From NCBI GenBank assembly GCA_937907055.1, contig CALCTW010000024.1, forward strand, positions 8,968 to 48,968: a stretch of DNA of 40,001 nt. Direction: 5' to 3'. The DNA comes from an uncultured Clostridia bacterium. Its GTDB lineage: Bacteria > Bacillota > Clostridia > Christensenellales > Aristaeellaceae. Below are positions 1-9,327 of the stretch, one piece after another (position 1 is the stretch's first letter; each line of letters opens with the position of its first letter). A program made the translations under genes and the position numbers. The notes below the pieces were generated by a model. That model made no database searches and was not told the DNA's origin. It saw only the letters and a program-made list of their open reading frames with translations.

Positions 1-39
1 CGCAGCGGCGTGGAGATCTGGGATGAGGACAACGAATAA
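1..39 (+). CDS. 3' end of an unidentified CDS (partial, enters from upstream of window)
   Basis: Frame 1 is open from base 1 (..RSGVEIWDEDNE) to TAA at 37-39; too short to identify. Confidence 0.3.
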   Translation, partial: RSGVEIWDEDNE

Positions 40-65
40 CTGATCTGATATTACGAAGGAACGAT

Positions 66-1001
66 ATGCAAGCCAAGATCATGCTGCTGCCCGCGGACAG
101 CGCGGGGGAAAAACTGTGCTCCTATGCCGAGCAACTGCTGACCGAGATCGCCGTGGCCTTTTCGCACCGGATCGTGATCGTGCGCGAAAAGATCGGCGCG
201 CGTTCGGTGCAGGCTTACGGCGCGGCCCTGACAGAGGAAACGGTGGAACAGTGCCGTGCCTGTACCGGGGTGATCTGCGGAAACGCGAACGCGGAGGGGC
301 TGGATGAGTTGTGCGCGTGTCTGGAGATGCCGCTGCGGGTGCGCAGCGTGTATCTGCCGGCGGCGGCCGGGGTGATCCAACCGCCCTTTTATGTGGCGCG
401 TGTGCTGGGGCAGAGCGCGGCTCTGCTGAACAAGGCGGTAAAGCAGGCCATGAAGCTGGCGCGCGAGAAGGAAATGCCGCTGACATGGGTGAGCCCCGTG
501 GGCAGGAGCGCCAATGACTTTGTGAGCGCGGTGAATGTGGTGAAGGAGAGCTTTCCGGATGTGCGCGCCGTGCGTCTGGACGCGCCTTCCGCCATGTCGC
601 TGATCGTTGAACAGCCGCAGAATGCCGGCGTGGTGCTGGTGCCGGCCTATGTGGGCAGCATCTTTGCCGCCGCGGGGGCTTCCCTGTGCCCGATGCCCGG
701 CTTTTTGCGGGAATTCGCGCCGGGAAAAATGAACGGCGTACACGCGCCGGTGCAGCCGAATGTGATGCCGAACGCGGACGAAGCGTCGCCCATCGGCATG
801 GCGTATGCCGTGGCGGATCTGCTGCGGGATACGCTGCATCTGGAAACGGAGGCAGACTGCCTGGAATGCGCGATCGAGAATGCCCTGACCAGCGGCTTTG
901 TGACAAGGGATATGCAGCGCCCCGGCACGAATGTGAACGGGGAAGGCATGACCGGCGTGATCCTGCGGCAGATCGAGCTGGCAGGATCCATCCTGCACTG
1001 A
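66..1001 (+). CDS. Isocitrate/isopropylmalate dehydrogenase-family protein, divergent and probably non-catalytic
   Basis: 311-aa ORF with GAAGGA upstream. N-terminus KIMLLPADSAGEKL parallels the KIAVLPGDGIGPEV-type start. C-terminal block IGMAYAVADLLRDTLHLETEADCLECAIENALTSGFVTRDM parallels the family's C-terminal helix region. Shorter than typical, and the Asp-rich metal block looks replaced (VGSIFAAAG). Confidence 0.6.
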   Translation: MQAKIMLLPADSAGEKLCSYAEQLLTEIAVAFSHRIVIVREKIGARSVQAYGAALTEETVEQCRACTGVICGNANAEGLDELCACLEMPLRVRSVYLPAAAGVIQPPFYVARVLGQSAALLNKAVKQAMKLAREKEMPLTWVSPVGRSANDFVSAVNVVKESFPDVRAVRLDAPSAMSLIVEQPQNAGVVLVPAYVGSIFAAAGASLCPMPGFLREFAPGKMNGVHAPVQPNVMPNADEASPIGMAYAVADLLRDTLHLETEADCLECAIENALTSGFVTRDMQRPGTNVNGEGMTGVILRQIELAGSILH

Positions 1002-1079
1002 GCGGAGAGCCGCGCGGCCTTAACAGGAAATGAGAACGGGCCGGCTTTGAAAATGAGCCGGCCGGGAGGTTTTTAGTAT

Positions 1080-2183
1080 ATGGAGTATTGTTTTCCGGAT
1101 TATCAGAACTGCGGACTGAATGTGGTCTCCGCTGTGCTGAATTATTTTGGGATCGCGGACGCGCATCCGCAGCATCCGGCTGTGCAGGAACTGCTGAAAA
1201 AGAAGCATTATAAAAAGGTGGTGCTGATGCTGTTTGACGGCATGGGCACAGATATCCTTTCCAAAACGCTGCCGGAGGACGCCTTCCTGCGCACGCACAT
1301 GCTGACGGAAATGAGCGCGGCTTATCCTTCCACGACCACCTGTGCCACCTCCTCCATTGAATGCTGCCAGACCCCGAGGGAGCATGGCTGGCTGGGATGG
1401 ACCGAGTACTTCAAGGAAGTGGATAAGCTGGTCGATATTTTCATCAACCGCGACCAGAACGGCGAGCCTGCCGCGCCCTATGATGTGGCGGAGACCATCA
1501 ATCCCCGTCACATGGTGTTTGACCGCTTTGACGCGGTGGGCGCGAAGGGGCATTGTATCTCCCGCTTCGGAACAGATGTTATCAACGATCTGTCTGAAAT
1601 GCGGTCCACGCTGCTGCGCCTGTGCGCGGATGATGTGCCGCGCTACTGCTACTGTTACTGGGGCGATCCCGATCATACGATGCACGAAGAGGGCGTGTAT
1701 GACGAGAGCGTGTTCCGCACAGTGAAAGAAGTGAATGACTATGTGGAAAGCCTGAGCCGGGAGCTGCCTGATGATGTGCTGCTGATGGTGACGGCGGATC
1801 ATGGTTTGATCGACTCCAGATGGGTGTATGTGGCGGATCATCCGGAGCTGGAGAGCATGCTGCTGCGCATGCCCTCTCTGGAGCCCCGTGCCGCGGCCTT
1901 CTATGTGAAGCCGGAATGCATGGATGCCTTCCCGGCGGCCTTCAAGAAGGCGTTCGGCGAGGAGCATTTCCTGCTGATGACCAGCAAGGAATTTGTGGAA
2001 AAGGGCTATCTGGGAGACGGGAAGGATAATTTCAAACTGTGGGATTTTGTGGGCGACTATATGGCGCTGGCGATCGATCCCACCTGCATCGGCGCGAAGC
2101 GCGGCGATCATGAACTGAAGGGCGTCCATGCCGGACTGACCCGTCAGGAGATGAAAGTGCCGCTGATCGTGGCGAAAAAGTGA
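1080..2183 (+). CDS. Alkaline-phosphatase superfamily protein (nucleotide pyrophosphatase/phosphodiesterase-like)
   Basis: 367-aa ORF with GGGAGG SD upstream of ATG. LFDGMGTD, AYPSTTT and TADHGL motifs resemble the metal-ligand and nucleophile motifs of this superfamily. Confidence 0.7.
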   Translation: MEYCFPDYQNCGLNVVSAVLNYFGIADAHPQHPAVQELLKKKHYKKVVLMLFDGMGTDILSKTLPEDAFLRTHMLTEMSAAYPSTTTCATSSIECCQTPREHGWLGWTEYFKEVDKLVDIFINRDQNGEPAAPYDVAETINPRHMVFDRFDAVGAKGHCISRFGTDVINDLSEMRSTLLRLCADDVPRYCYCYWGDPDHTMHEEGVYDESVFRTVKEVNDYVESLSRELPDDVLLMVTADHGLIDSRWVYVADHPELESMLLRMPSLEPRAAAFYVKPECMDAFPAAFKKAFGEEHFLLMTSKEFVEKGYLGDGKDNFKLWDFVGDYMALAIDPTCIGAKRGDHELKGVHAGLTRQEMKVPLIVAKK

Positions 2184-2194
2184 GATACACAACT

Positions 2195-2234
2195 AAAAAA
2201 GGGAACCGGGGATCGTACTCAGGTTTCCTTTTTT
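2195..2234 (+). terminator. Rho-independent terminator after the phosphatase-family gene
   Basis: aaaaaagggaacc ... ggtttcctttttt: imperfect stem flanked by an A-run and a T-run, 12 nt after the TGA. Confidence 0.55.
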
Positions 2235-2276
2235 GATATAAGCGTTTGATCATCAAAAAATCAGTGAGGAAAAAGA

Positions 2277-3812
2277 ATGAAAAACGATCGGCTTTTTACG
2301 GGAAACAGGGGAAAAGCAGGGCTGACCGGGATGCTTGTATGTGTGCTGCTTGTGATGTGCGCCTGTGTATTTACCGCGGTGGCGGAGGAGGAAAAACCGC
2401 GCGCGACCGCGGAGCCGCACGGCGAATTTGTGGAATCGAAGAACAGCTGGGCCGCCCTGCGCGGCCTGCCCCGGCTGGCGGACCGGATCCATGGGGAGGA
2501 AACAAAGATCCCCGTGGTGGCGGTGTACACGCAGGATCAGTATCCGGTGTATTCGCTGGAGGAGTACGTGCCCTGCCGGGTGTTCATGATGAACGGCGGC
2601 GAAGGCTATGACATGACGGACGCGGAGCAGGGCATGGCGGCCGGGATCCGCGTGAGGGGCAATTCCAGCGCGTATTACGGCGTGGTGGAGGATATGCAGG
2701 GACAGCAGCTGCCCTACCGTATCCGCTTTGATGAAAAGGCCAATATGTTTGGGCTGAATAACGGGCTGGAGCGCCGCAGCTGGGTGCTGCTGAAGGCGGA
2801 ATGGAACCTGGTGGCCAATGATGTGGGCTATAAGCTGGGAAAGATCCTGTTGCATGAAGGCAATTTCTGCACGGACAGTATGCTGGTGCATATGTATCTG
2901 AACGGCAAGTTTGCCGGCATCTATCTGCTGTGCGAACAGAACCAGACCGGAAAGGGCCGTGTGGAGATCGATGAGCCGAAGAAGGACTACACGGGAACGG
3001 AGACCGGGTATCTGCTGGAGATCGACAACTATGAAGAAGAGCCTTGCTTCAACGTTTATTACAGCGACGCGCGGGTGGATGTGAAGGACGAAGAAGCAGA
3101 ATACACCGGCGCGGAAATGAAGGATGTCAAGAATGAAAAGCGGGCATTCGTCAGCGCGGCCTACTCTGTGCACAGCGATATCACCGATCCCGCGCAGATG
3201 GATTTCATTGCCCAGTATGTGAACGATGTGTTCTATATCGTGTATTCCGCCTGTGAGAAGAAAGAATACTACACCTTTGACGAGGCGTGGAACGTGGTGC
3301 CGGCCGGCGCGGAGATCAAAAACGCGGAGCAGGCCGTTGCCGCCGTGATGGATGTGGATTCTGTTGTTGACATGTATATCTTGGAGGAACTTGTGTGCAA
3401 CAACGATGTGGGCGAAGGCAGTTTTTATATGTGCGTGGACTTTTCTGAGAAAAGCACCTGTGAAAAACTGCGCTTCACCTGTCCGTGGGATTACGGCTGG
3501 GGCTACGAGGGCAAGCCGGACAAGGGGTATTTTGCCGGAAGATTCTGCGATAAGAGCTTTGTGAGCAAATACGGCGACCGAACCAACCCGTGGTTCATCG
3601 TGCTGTGCAAGCAGGACTGGTTCCGCGCACGTGTGACAGCACGGTTTGAGGAATGCCGGAACGATATGAACAAGATGCTGGACGCGGAGAAAAAGATGCT
3701 GGAGGGATACCGCAGGGATCTTTCCGTGGAGAATGACTGGACGGTCAACTCCGCGCTCAGTCTGGTGGACTGGGTGAAGAACCGCATCAAGTGGTTTGAC
3801 AAGGTGTATTGA
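2277..3812 (+). CDS. CotH kinase-family protein with N-terminal signal/anchor
   Basis: 511-aa ORF. Hydrophobic N-terminus LTGMLVCVLLVMCACVFTAVA. IRVRGNSS, LLKAEWN and MLVHMYLNGKFAGIYLLCEQ blocks resemble the CotH core. Confidence 0.75.
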   Translation: MKNDRLFTGNRGKAGLTGMLVCVLLVMCACVFTAVAEEEKPRATAEPHGEFVESKNSWAALRGLPRLADRIHGEETKIPVVAVYTQDQYPVYSLEEYVPCRVFMMNGGEGYDMTDAEQGMAAGIRVRGNSSAYYGVVEDMQGQQLPYRIRFDEKANMFGLNNGLERRSWVLLKAEWNLVANDVGYKLGKILLHEGNFCTDSMLVHMYLNGKFAGIYLLCEQNQTGKGRVEIDEPKKDYTGTETGYLLEIDNYEEEPCFNVYYSDARVDVKDEEAEYTGAEMKDVKNEKRAFVSAAYSVHSDITDPAQMDFIAQYVNDVFYIVYSACEKKEYYTFDEAWNVVPAGAEIKNAEQAVAAVMDVDSVVDMYILEELVCNNDVGEGSFYMCVDFSEKSTCEKLRFTCPWDYGWGYEGKPDKGYFAGRFCDKSFVSKYGDRTNPWFIVLCKQDWFRARVTARFEECRNDMNKMLDAEKKMLEGYRRDLSVENDWTVNSALSLVDWVKNRIKWFDKVY

Positions 3813-3830
3813 CCGGGACAAAAGTTACAG

Positions 3831-3919
3831 CAGATCACTTCAGATCACAAAAGGTTCATAAAAGGCGCGTTCAGGTCACAAAAAGCGCGTTCAGGTCACA
3901 GACTGTTCATTGCAGGTCA
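3831..3919. repeat. Array of five CAG(A/G)TCA(C/A) direct repeats (iteron-like), function unknown
   Basis: CAGATCAC at 3831 and 3841, CAGGTCAC at 3872 and 3892 (each inside a repeated gcgcgttcaggtcaca unit), CAGGTCAA at 3912. Spacings are 10, 31, 20 and 20 bp. Confidence 0.5.
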
Positions 3920-3946
3920 ATGAAAAAGTGAATATAATCACAATAT

Positions 3947-3975
3947 AAAAAGTGTGCCGAAGCGGCACACTTTCT
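3947..3975. terminator. Bidirectional rho-independent terminator between convergent genes
   Basis: aaaaa-GTGTGCC-gaagc-GGCACAC-tttct: perfect 7-bp stem with an A-run on one side and a T-rich run on the other. Confidence 0.7.
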
Positions 3976-4064
3976 GCGTTATGGGAACGCGAAAATGGGA
4001 AACCGGCTGCCGAAACAGAAAACGGAAGGCAGCCGGAAAAAGGAGATCCTGAGGACAGCGCGGA

Positions 4065-6143
4065 TCAGGGCGCGGTGATGAGGCGGGAGCAATCAAAGGT
4101 GATGCCCTCCGCGCTCGCGGTGAAGGAATCGCCCCGCGGCTGAAGGGTGATGGAAGTGACGGTGCCCTCTTCAAAGGAGATGCCGTCATCCGTGTACAGC
4201 TCGGTTGTGACCGGCGTGCCGGGGGTGAGCCAACCAAGCAGGGTGAAGGCGTTGAAGCAGAGCTCCTCGGTGGATTCAGCCGGAGCGGCCAGCGGAAGCA
4301 CCTGCCCCTTGCGGACGAAGAGGGGGAATTCCCGCAGGGAGAGGGGAATGTAATGATGTCCGGCGGTGAGGGGCTGCAGATCGTAATCCGCCGCGGAGCG
4401 GAAGCGGATGAGCAGCATATCTTCAGGCAGATAGACCACGCGGCCCTCGGTATTGGGGGTGTAGATGGGCGCGATCATGCAGCCGTGACCCAGCATAAGC
4501 TGATCCTCGACGCCGCGGGCGATGGGATCGGAAGGATGATCGAACACGAGAGGACGGAAGAGCATCTCATCCCGGCAGGCGGCGAGCATGAATTCGCTGT
4601 ACAGCCACGGGATGAGGGCGTAACGGACGAGGAGGGTATCCCGCATCTGCGGCCACAGATCCGGGAAGCGGTAGATCTCCTGATCCCGGGTGCCGAGCGC
4701 GGAATGATTGCGCATGAGCGGCGTGAATACGCCCAGTTGCAGCCAGCGGGCGAGCAGCTCCGGCGAGGTATTGCAGCCAAAGCCGCCCAGATCGGCGCCG
4801 TTGTAGAGGAAGCCGCACATATTGAGCGCGGGAAGCTGCTTGAGATTGAGCAGGATGTGGCTCCACCACGAGCAGTTATCGCCCTGCCAGATACCGCCGT
4901 TGCGGTGCGCGCCGACGAAGGAGGAACGGGAGAACAGCAGGAAGCGGCGGGAGGGATCGAACGCGCGCATGCCTTCCGCGGCGGCACGGGTCATCATGGC
5001 GCCGTAGAGGTTGTGGACGCGGTCATGACGGACGGGAGCGCCGTCAACATCATGCCAAAAGCGCTTGAAGTCCTCGGGATTGTTGGCAATGCCGAGCCAT
5101 GTGTCCTTGAGGCGGAAGGTCTCCCAGATGCCGAGATCCTGCCCCTTCATGGTGTCGGTGATATCAAAGGCGTTTTGCAGGGAGACATCGGAATAGAAGA
5201 GGGCCGGTTCATTCATGTCATTCCAGAAGCCTTCGGCCCCCTGCGCCATCAAATGGTGATACTGCCGGCCAAACCACGCGCGGACCTCAGGGCGCATAAA
5301 ATCCGGGAACAGGCTGCGGCCCGGCCAGACAGCGCCCACGAACGGCGTGCCGTCTTCATTTTTGCAGAAATAACCCTTTTCAAGGCCCTCCGCGCAGACG
5401 GAATAATCTTTATCAAACTTGATGGCGGCATCGATGATGGGAATGAAACGGGCGTGCTGCTCCTTCAGCCTACGGCTGAGGGCGGACATATCGGGGAATT
5501 TTTCGGGATCGACGGTGAAATCACGGAAATCATCCATGTAGTCGATATCCATGGAGAGACCGTCCAGCGGAATGTGACGGGCGCGGTGCTCTTCAAGAAC
5601 AGAGAGGATATCCTGCTCTGTCTTGTAGCCCCAGCGGCTCTGGATGTAGCCGAAGGCCCAGCGCGGCGGCATGTAGGAGCGGCCGGTGAGCTGACGGAAA
5701 TCGCGGCAGAGATCGATCACGGACGCGCCCTCAAGCTCATAAACGGAGAGATCGCCGTTTTCACTGGTGATGACGGCCTCCCGGGTGTCTGTCCAGCCGA
5801 GATCGAAGGTGACACGGCCCGGATCATCGAAAAAGACGCCGAAGCAGCCGGAATCCGCGAAGAAAACAAGGAAATTGTGCGCGCCGTAAAGGCCGGGCTT
5901 GTCCTCCGTGTGGGAGGGGTCATCACTGGCCCACGCGGCGCAGAGACTGCCGCGCTTGTTGATGCCCTTCACGCTTTCGCCGAGGCCGAAGATCATTTCC
6001 TCCGGCGCGAGCGGATGACGGAAGATGACGGCGGCGCCCTCACGGGTGACGGTGAAGCGCGTGGGGGCGGAAGCAGAGGGGGAAAGACGCTGCACGACCG
6101 CGTCGGTATCGATGGGCGTGCCAAAATCATAACGGGTGATCAT
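4065..6143 (-). CDS. Glycoside hydrolase family 31 alpha-glucosidase/alpha-xylosidase
   Basis: Start placed at ATG 6143 (MITRYDFG..) with GGAGG 6 nt upstream, not at the start of the 967-aa ORF. GFWNDMNEP (GH31 nucleophile-Asp region) and GIWQGDN (acid/base region) are present. TGA stop. Confidence 0.9.
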   Translation of the reverse strand: MITRYDFGTPIDTDAVVQRLSPSASAPTRFTVTREGAAVIFRHPLAPEEMIFGLGESVKGINKRGSLCAAWASDDPSHTEDKPGLYGAHNFLVFFADSGCFGVFFDDPGRVTFDLGWTDTREAVITSENGDLSVYELEGASVIDLCRDFRQLTGRSYMPPRWAFGYIQSRWGYKTEQDILSVLEEHRARHIPLDGLSMDIDYMDDFRDFTVDPEKFPDMSALSRRLKEQHARFIPIIDAAIKFDKDYSVCAEGLEKGYFCKNEDGTPFVGAVWPGRSLFPDFMRPEVRAWFGRQYHHLMAQGAEGFWNDMNEPALFYSDVSLQNAFDITDTMKGQDLGIWETFRLKDTWLGIANNPEDFKRFWHDVDGAPVRHDRVHNLYGAMMTRAAAEGMRAFDPSRRFLLFSRSSFVGAHRNGGIWQGDNCSWWSHILLNLKQLPALNMCGFLYNGADLGGFGCNTSPELLARWLQLGVFTPLMRNHSALGTRDQEIYRFPDLWPQMRDTLLVRYALIPWLYSEFMLAACRDEMLFRPLVFDHPSDPIARGVEDQLMLGHGCMIAPIYTPNTEGRVVYLPEDMLLIRFRSAADYDLQPLTAGHHYIPLSLREFPLFVRKGQVLPLAAPAESTEELCFNAFTLLGWLTPGTPVTTELYTDDGISFEEGTVTSITLQPRGDSFTASAEGITFDCSRLITAP

Positions 6144-6348
6144 GGTTGACCTCCGAAAGTAAGCATTGATAAAAGCATTGTAACACAAGACAGGCAAACG
6201 GGGAACGGGGGAATGAAATTTATCGGGGTCTGGGATGAAAATGTGAAACAGCACGGCGAAAAGCAGGCGGCAGCGCGTGAAAAAAGCGGCAGCGCAAACA
6301 AAAACGCCTCCCTGTGTCGCGGGGAAGCGTGTGAGGATGGGAACGGGA

Positions 6349-6897
6349 TCAGCCGCGGCGGCGGGCTTGCAGCCGCGCGGCCAGGGCGAGAACACGGGGG
6401 CGGTTGTAGCGCTGGAGGATGATGAAGGGAACCTCCTGAACCGCGGAAAACACCGAGGTGATGAGAAAGACCGGCAGGTGTCCGAACCGGATGGAAGCGA
6501 GCACCGGCAGGAAGCAAAGGGGCAGGATGGTCTCGTGGACGAGCTCTGCCTGACACATGGCCCCGGCGATCTGCTGCCAGGAGCGGAGGCGGGGATCAAA
6601 GTCGGAAGGCGTGTAGGAGGGCAGGAAACGCTTCCAGCGCCGGACACGGAGAAGATCGTACAGACGGGTCTCGGCTGCCGGGACACGGAACCAACGATGA
6701 TCCGGGGGAACGTGATTGTGCAGAGCACGGTCATAAAGCAGCCCCACGATGAGGCGCATGAGAAAATGATAGGCGATGGTACTGAATGTGATGGCGAGCG
6801 TGAGGAACACATCCAGACGCAGCGTGAGAAAAAGGACCGTAAAGGCAACGGCGCAGACGCACAGAAGCAGCGTGATCCTGCGGATGAAGGAAGACAA
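6349..6897 (-). CDS. Small polytopic membrane protein, glycosyl-4,4'-diaponeurosporenoate acyltransferase-like family
   Basis: 182 aa, TTG start with GGAGG 6 nt upstream, several hydrophobic segments. C-terminal FIILQRYNRPR motif as I recall for this family. Confidence 0.55.
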   Translation of the reverse strand: MSSFIRRITLLLCVCAVAFTVLFLTLRLDVFLTLAITFSTIAYHFLMRLIVGLLYDRALHNHVPPDHRWFRVPAAETRLYDLLRVRRWKRFLPSYTPSDFDPRLRSWQQIAGAMCQAELVHETILPLCFLPVLASIRFGHLPVFLITSVFSAVQEVPFIILQRYNRPRVLALAARLQARRRG

Positions 6898-6984
6898 TGG
6901 ATACCTCCGGGAACAGCGGGAAGGGGCGGATCAATCCGCGAGGTCCTCGTATTTTTCGAGAATGACACCGGACTCGCTGAAGAT

Positions 6985-7389
6985 CTAAAGCGTGAAGGTG
7001 TCCGGATAACCCTGTTCGTACACCACGCGGCGGATGCCGGCGTTGACGATCATCTTGGCGCAGATGGAGCAGGGCTGATGGGTGCAATACAATGTGGCAC
7101 CGTCGATGCTGATGCCCAGCCTGGCGGCCTGCAGAATGGCGTTCTGCTCCGCGTGGGCGGCATAGCAAACCTCGGCGCGGGTGCCGCTCTCGATGCCCAT
7201 CTTGCGGCGCAGGCATTCGCCGCGCTCCTTGCAGGTCTTCATGCCGGCGGGCGCGCCGTTGTAGCCGGTGGTCATGATGCGCTTGTCCTTGACGATGACG
7301 CAGCCGATCTCACGGCCGGGAGCGAAGCAGCTGGACCATGTGGCGACCACACGGCTCATTTCCATAAAGCGTTTATCCCATTTATTCAT
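6985..7389 (-). CDS. dCMP (deoxycytidylate) deaminase. The standard-code stop is TAG at 6985-6987; the frame continues 17 more codons to TGA at 6931-6933.
   Basis: 134 aa with the zinc-deaminase signature AHAEQNA...PCSICAKMI. The ATG lies 3 nt after the mtnN stop. Sequence after the TAG is IFSESGVILEKYEDLAD-TGA. Confidence 0.9.
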   Translation of the reverse strand: MNKWDKRFMEMSRVVATWSSCFAPGREIGCVIVKDKRIMTTGYNGAPAGMKTCKERGECLRRKMGIESGTRAEVCYAAHAEQNAILQAARLGISIDGATLYCTHQPCSICAKMIVNAGIRRVVYEQGYPDTFTL

Positions 7390-7392
7390 GGT

Positions 7393-8085
7393 TCAGGCCT
7401 CCTGATAATGCTGAAGGAAGTATTCCAGCAGACGGACGGACTGATCCGCCGCGTGCTGGGCATTGATGAAATAAGCGGTGCCGCTGTCCACCACTGTATC
7501 GGAAATGGTGCGGTAGGCGGCATAGGGGATCTGATTTTCGTAGCAGACCTGCGCGATGGCGCCGCCCTCCATATCACAGGCGGCGGCGTTGAAGGCCTTG
7601 CCCAGCGCGCGCTTGCGATCCGCCCCGCAGATGAACTGATCGCCCGTGGCGATGGCAGCGGTGAGGGTGTGCATGGAAAGGGCTTCGGCAGCCTGCTGCA
7701 GCCGCGCGGTGAGGGCGGCATCGCAGGGGACTTCGATGATATTGGGGCCGCTGATGAGACCGACCGGATCCCCGATGGGGCTGGTATCGATATCATGCTG
7801 CACCTCGCCGGAGGCGATGACGCAATCCGCGATCTTCAGGGTGTCATCCAGCGCGCCGGCGACACCGATGTTGAGCACGGCGGTGACGGGGTATTTGATG
7901 AGCATGATCTGCGCGCAGACCGCGGCATGCACCTTGCCGATGCCGCAGCGGGCGACCACGCAGGGCACGCCCTCCAGCAGACCTTTGGTGAAGCGGCTGT
8001 AGCCGCAGGTGAATTCTTCTGTATCCGTCATGCGGGCAAAGAGCTTTTCGGTCTCCTTGTCCATGGCGCCGATAATGCCAAGCAT
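7393..8085 (-). CDS. mtnN: 5'-methylthioadenosine/S-adenosylhomocysteine nucleosidase
   Basis: 230 aa. MLGIIGAMDKE start, VARCGIGKVHAA and NIGVAGAL blocks, CDMEGGAIAQVC are typical of MtnN/Pfs. Confidence 0.9.
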   Translation of the reverse strand: MLGIIGAMDKETEKLFARMTDTEEFTCGYSRFTKGLLEGVPCVVARCGIGKVHAAVCAQIMLIKYPVTAVLNIGVAGALDDTLKIADCVIASGEVQHDIDTSPIGDPVGLISGPNIIEVPCDAALTARLQQAAEALSMHTLTAAIATGDQFICGADRKRALGKAFNAAACDMEGGAIAQVCYENQIPYAAYRTISDTVVDSGTAYFINAQHAADQSVRLLEYFLQHYQEA

Positions 8086-8147
8086 ATGCTGAACCTCTGT
8101 TTCTGTGAGATATAGAGAAAACGATGGGGAGAAGATAAGAGAAAGAA

Positions 8148-9053
8148 TCAGTGACCGATGCGGCGGTAGTAGGCCAGCAGGTTCTGCCCCGCGATGCCTT
8201 CAATGACAGCATCGCTGAGACCGGCATCCTTCAGGGCGGTGAGCAGCTTGGGGACATCACCCGGATGATCCAGACCGGCGGGCTTGACCTCGATGCCGTC
8301 AAAATCGCTGCCGAAGCCGACCATGCCTTCGCCGCCAAGCTCGATCATGTGGAGGATGTGCTGAACGACATCCTGCAGCGAGGCCTTGCCGGTGGAGGAG
8401 AGGAAGGCGGGATAGAAATTGACACCTACATAGCCGCCCACGCTGAAGAGGCTCTTCAACTGATCATCGGTCAGATTGCGGGGGCAGGGGCAGATGGCAT
8501 CGCAGCAGCTGTGGCTGGCGAGGGGGATGAGCCCCATCTCCAGCAATTCATAGAAGCCGCGGCGGCTGAGGTGGCTGGTATCAAGGGCGATGCCGTTGGC
8601 GGCCATGGCGCGGACGGCCTCCTTGCCGAAGGGCTTGAGCCCGGCGGACTGATCCTTGCAGGCCGGGACACCGATGCAATTTTCATAATTCCAGGTGAGG
8701 GCGGCCATGCGCACGCCCATTTTGAGCCATTTTTCCATGACATCGTAGCGGCCGTCCATGAGATCGCAGCCCTCCACGGTGAGCATGAAGGCGCTTTGGC
8801 CTTCCACGGCCTCAAGGGGCGTTGTGACCTGCGGCAGCTGCCACTGATCCTTCAATACGGGGATGGCGGCCTCCATACGATCGAACGCGGCGGCAATATC
8901 GGCCATTTTGCTGCTGCCGCCGACAAACATGGCCATGGCCTGCACGGAAATGCCGCCCTCACGCAGACGCGCGGCGGAAACATCGCGCGGCGCGCGATCG
9001 GGACGGCGGCCGAGAGAAAAGAGGGTATCACAATGGGTGTCGCAGATGATCAT
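8148..9053 (-). CDS. Membrane dipeptidase (peptidase family M19)
   Basis: 301 aa. N-terminal ICDTHCDT metal motif, DTSHLS and GFGSDFDG blocks are characteristic of M19 dipeptidases. Confidence 0.85.
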   Translation of the reverse strand: MIICDTHCDTLFSLGRRPDRAPRDVSAARLREGGISVQAMAMFVGGSSKMADIAAAFDRMEAAIPVLKDQWQLPQVTTPLEAVEGQSAFMLTVEGCDLMDGRYDVMEKWLKMGVRMAALTWNYENCIGVPACKDQSAGLKPFGKEAVRAMAANGIALDTSHLSRRGFYELLEMGLIPLASHSCCDAICPCPRNLTDDQLKSLFSVGGYVGVNFYPAFLSSTGKASLQDVVQHILHMIELGGEGMVGFGSDFDGIEVKPAGLDHPGDVPKLLTALKDAGLSDAVIEGIAGQNLLAYYRRIGH

Positions 9054-9327
9054 GATGATTCATTCCTTTGCGGGACGCGGAAGCCGCGTGTAATACTTCA
9101 AGGATATTATAACGGGTGAAGGGGAGATTGTAAATAAAAAGGATGAGGAGGGGAGAAAGCATGAGGATGGGTGGATTCAATGATCCGCGTTGGCGTTTTT
9201 CTGTATTGAAAAGAATTTAAAAAAGCGATAAAATAGGACAGAAGCAATGGTCAAGGCCTGTGAGATTCGGATAAGAAGGTCTTGAGAGATGTAAATAAAC
9301 GGTTGTTCGCCGGGGAGGATCATTATT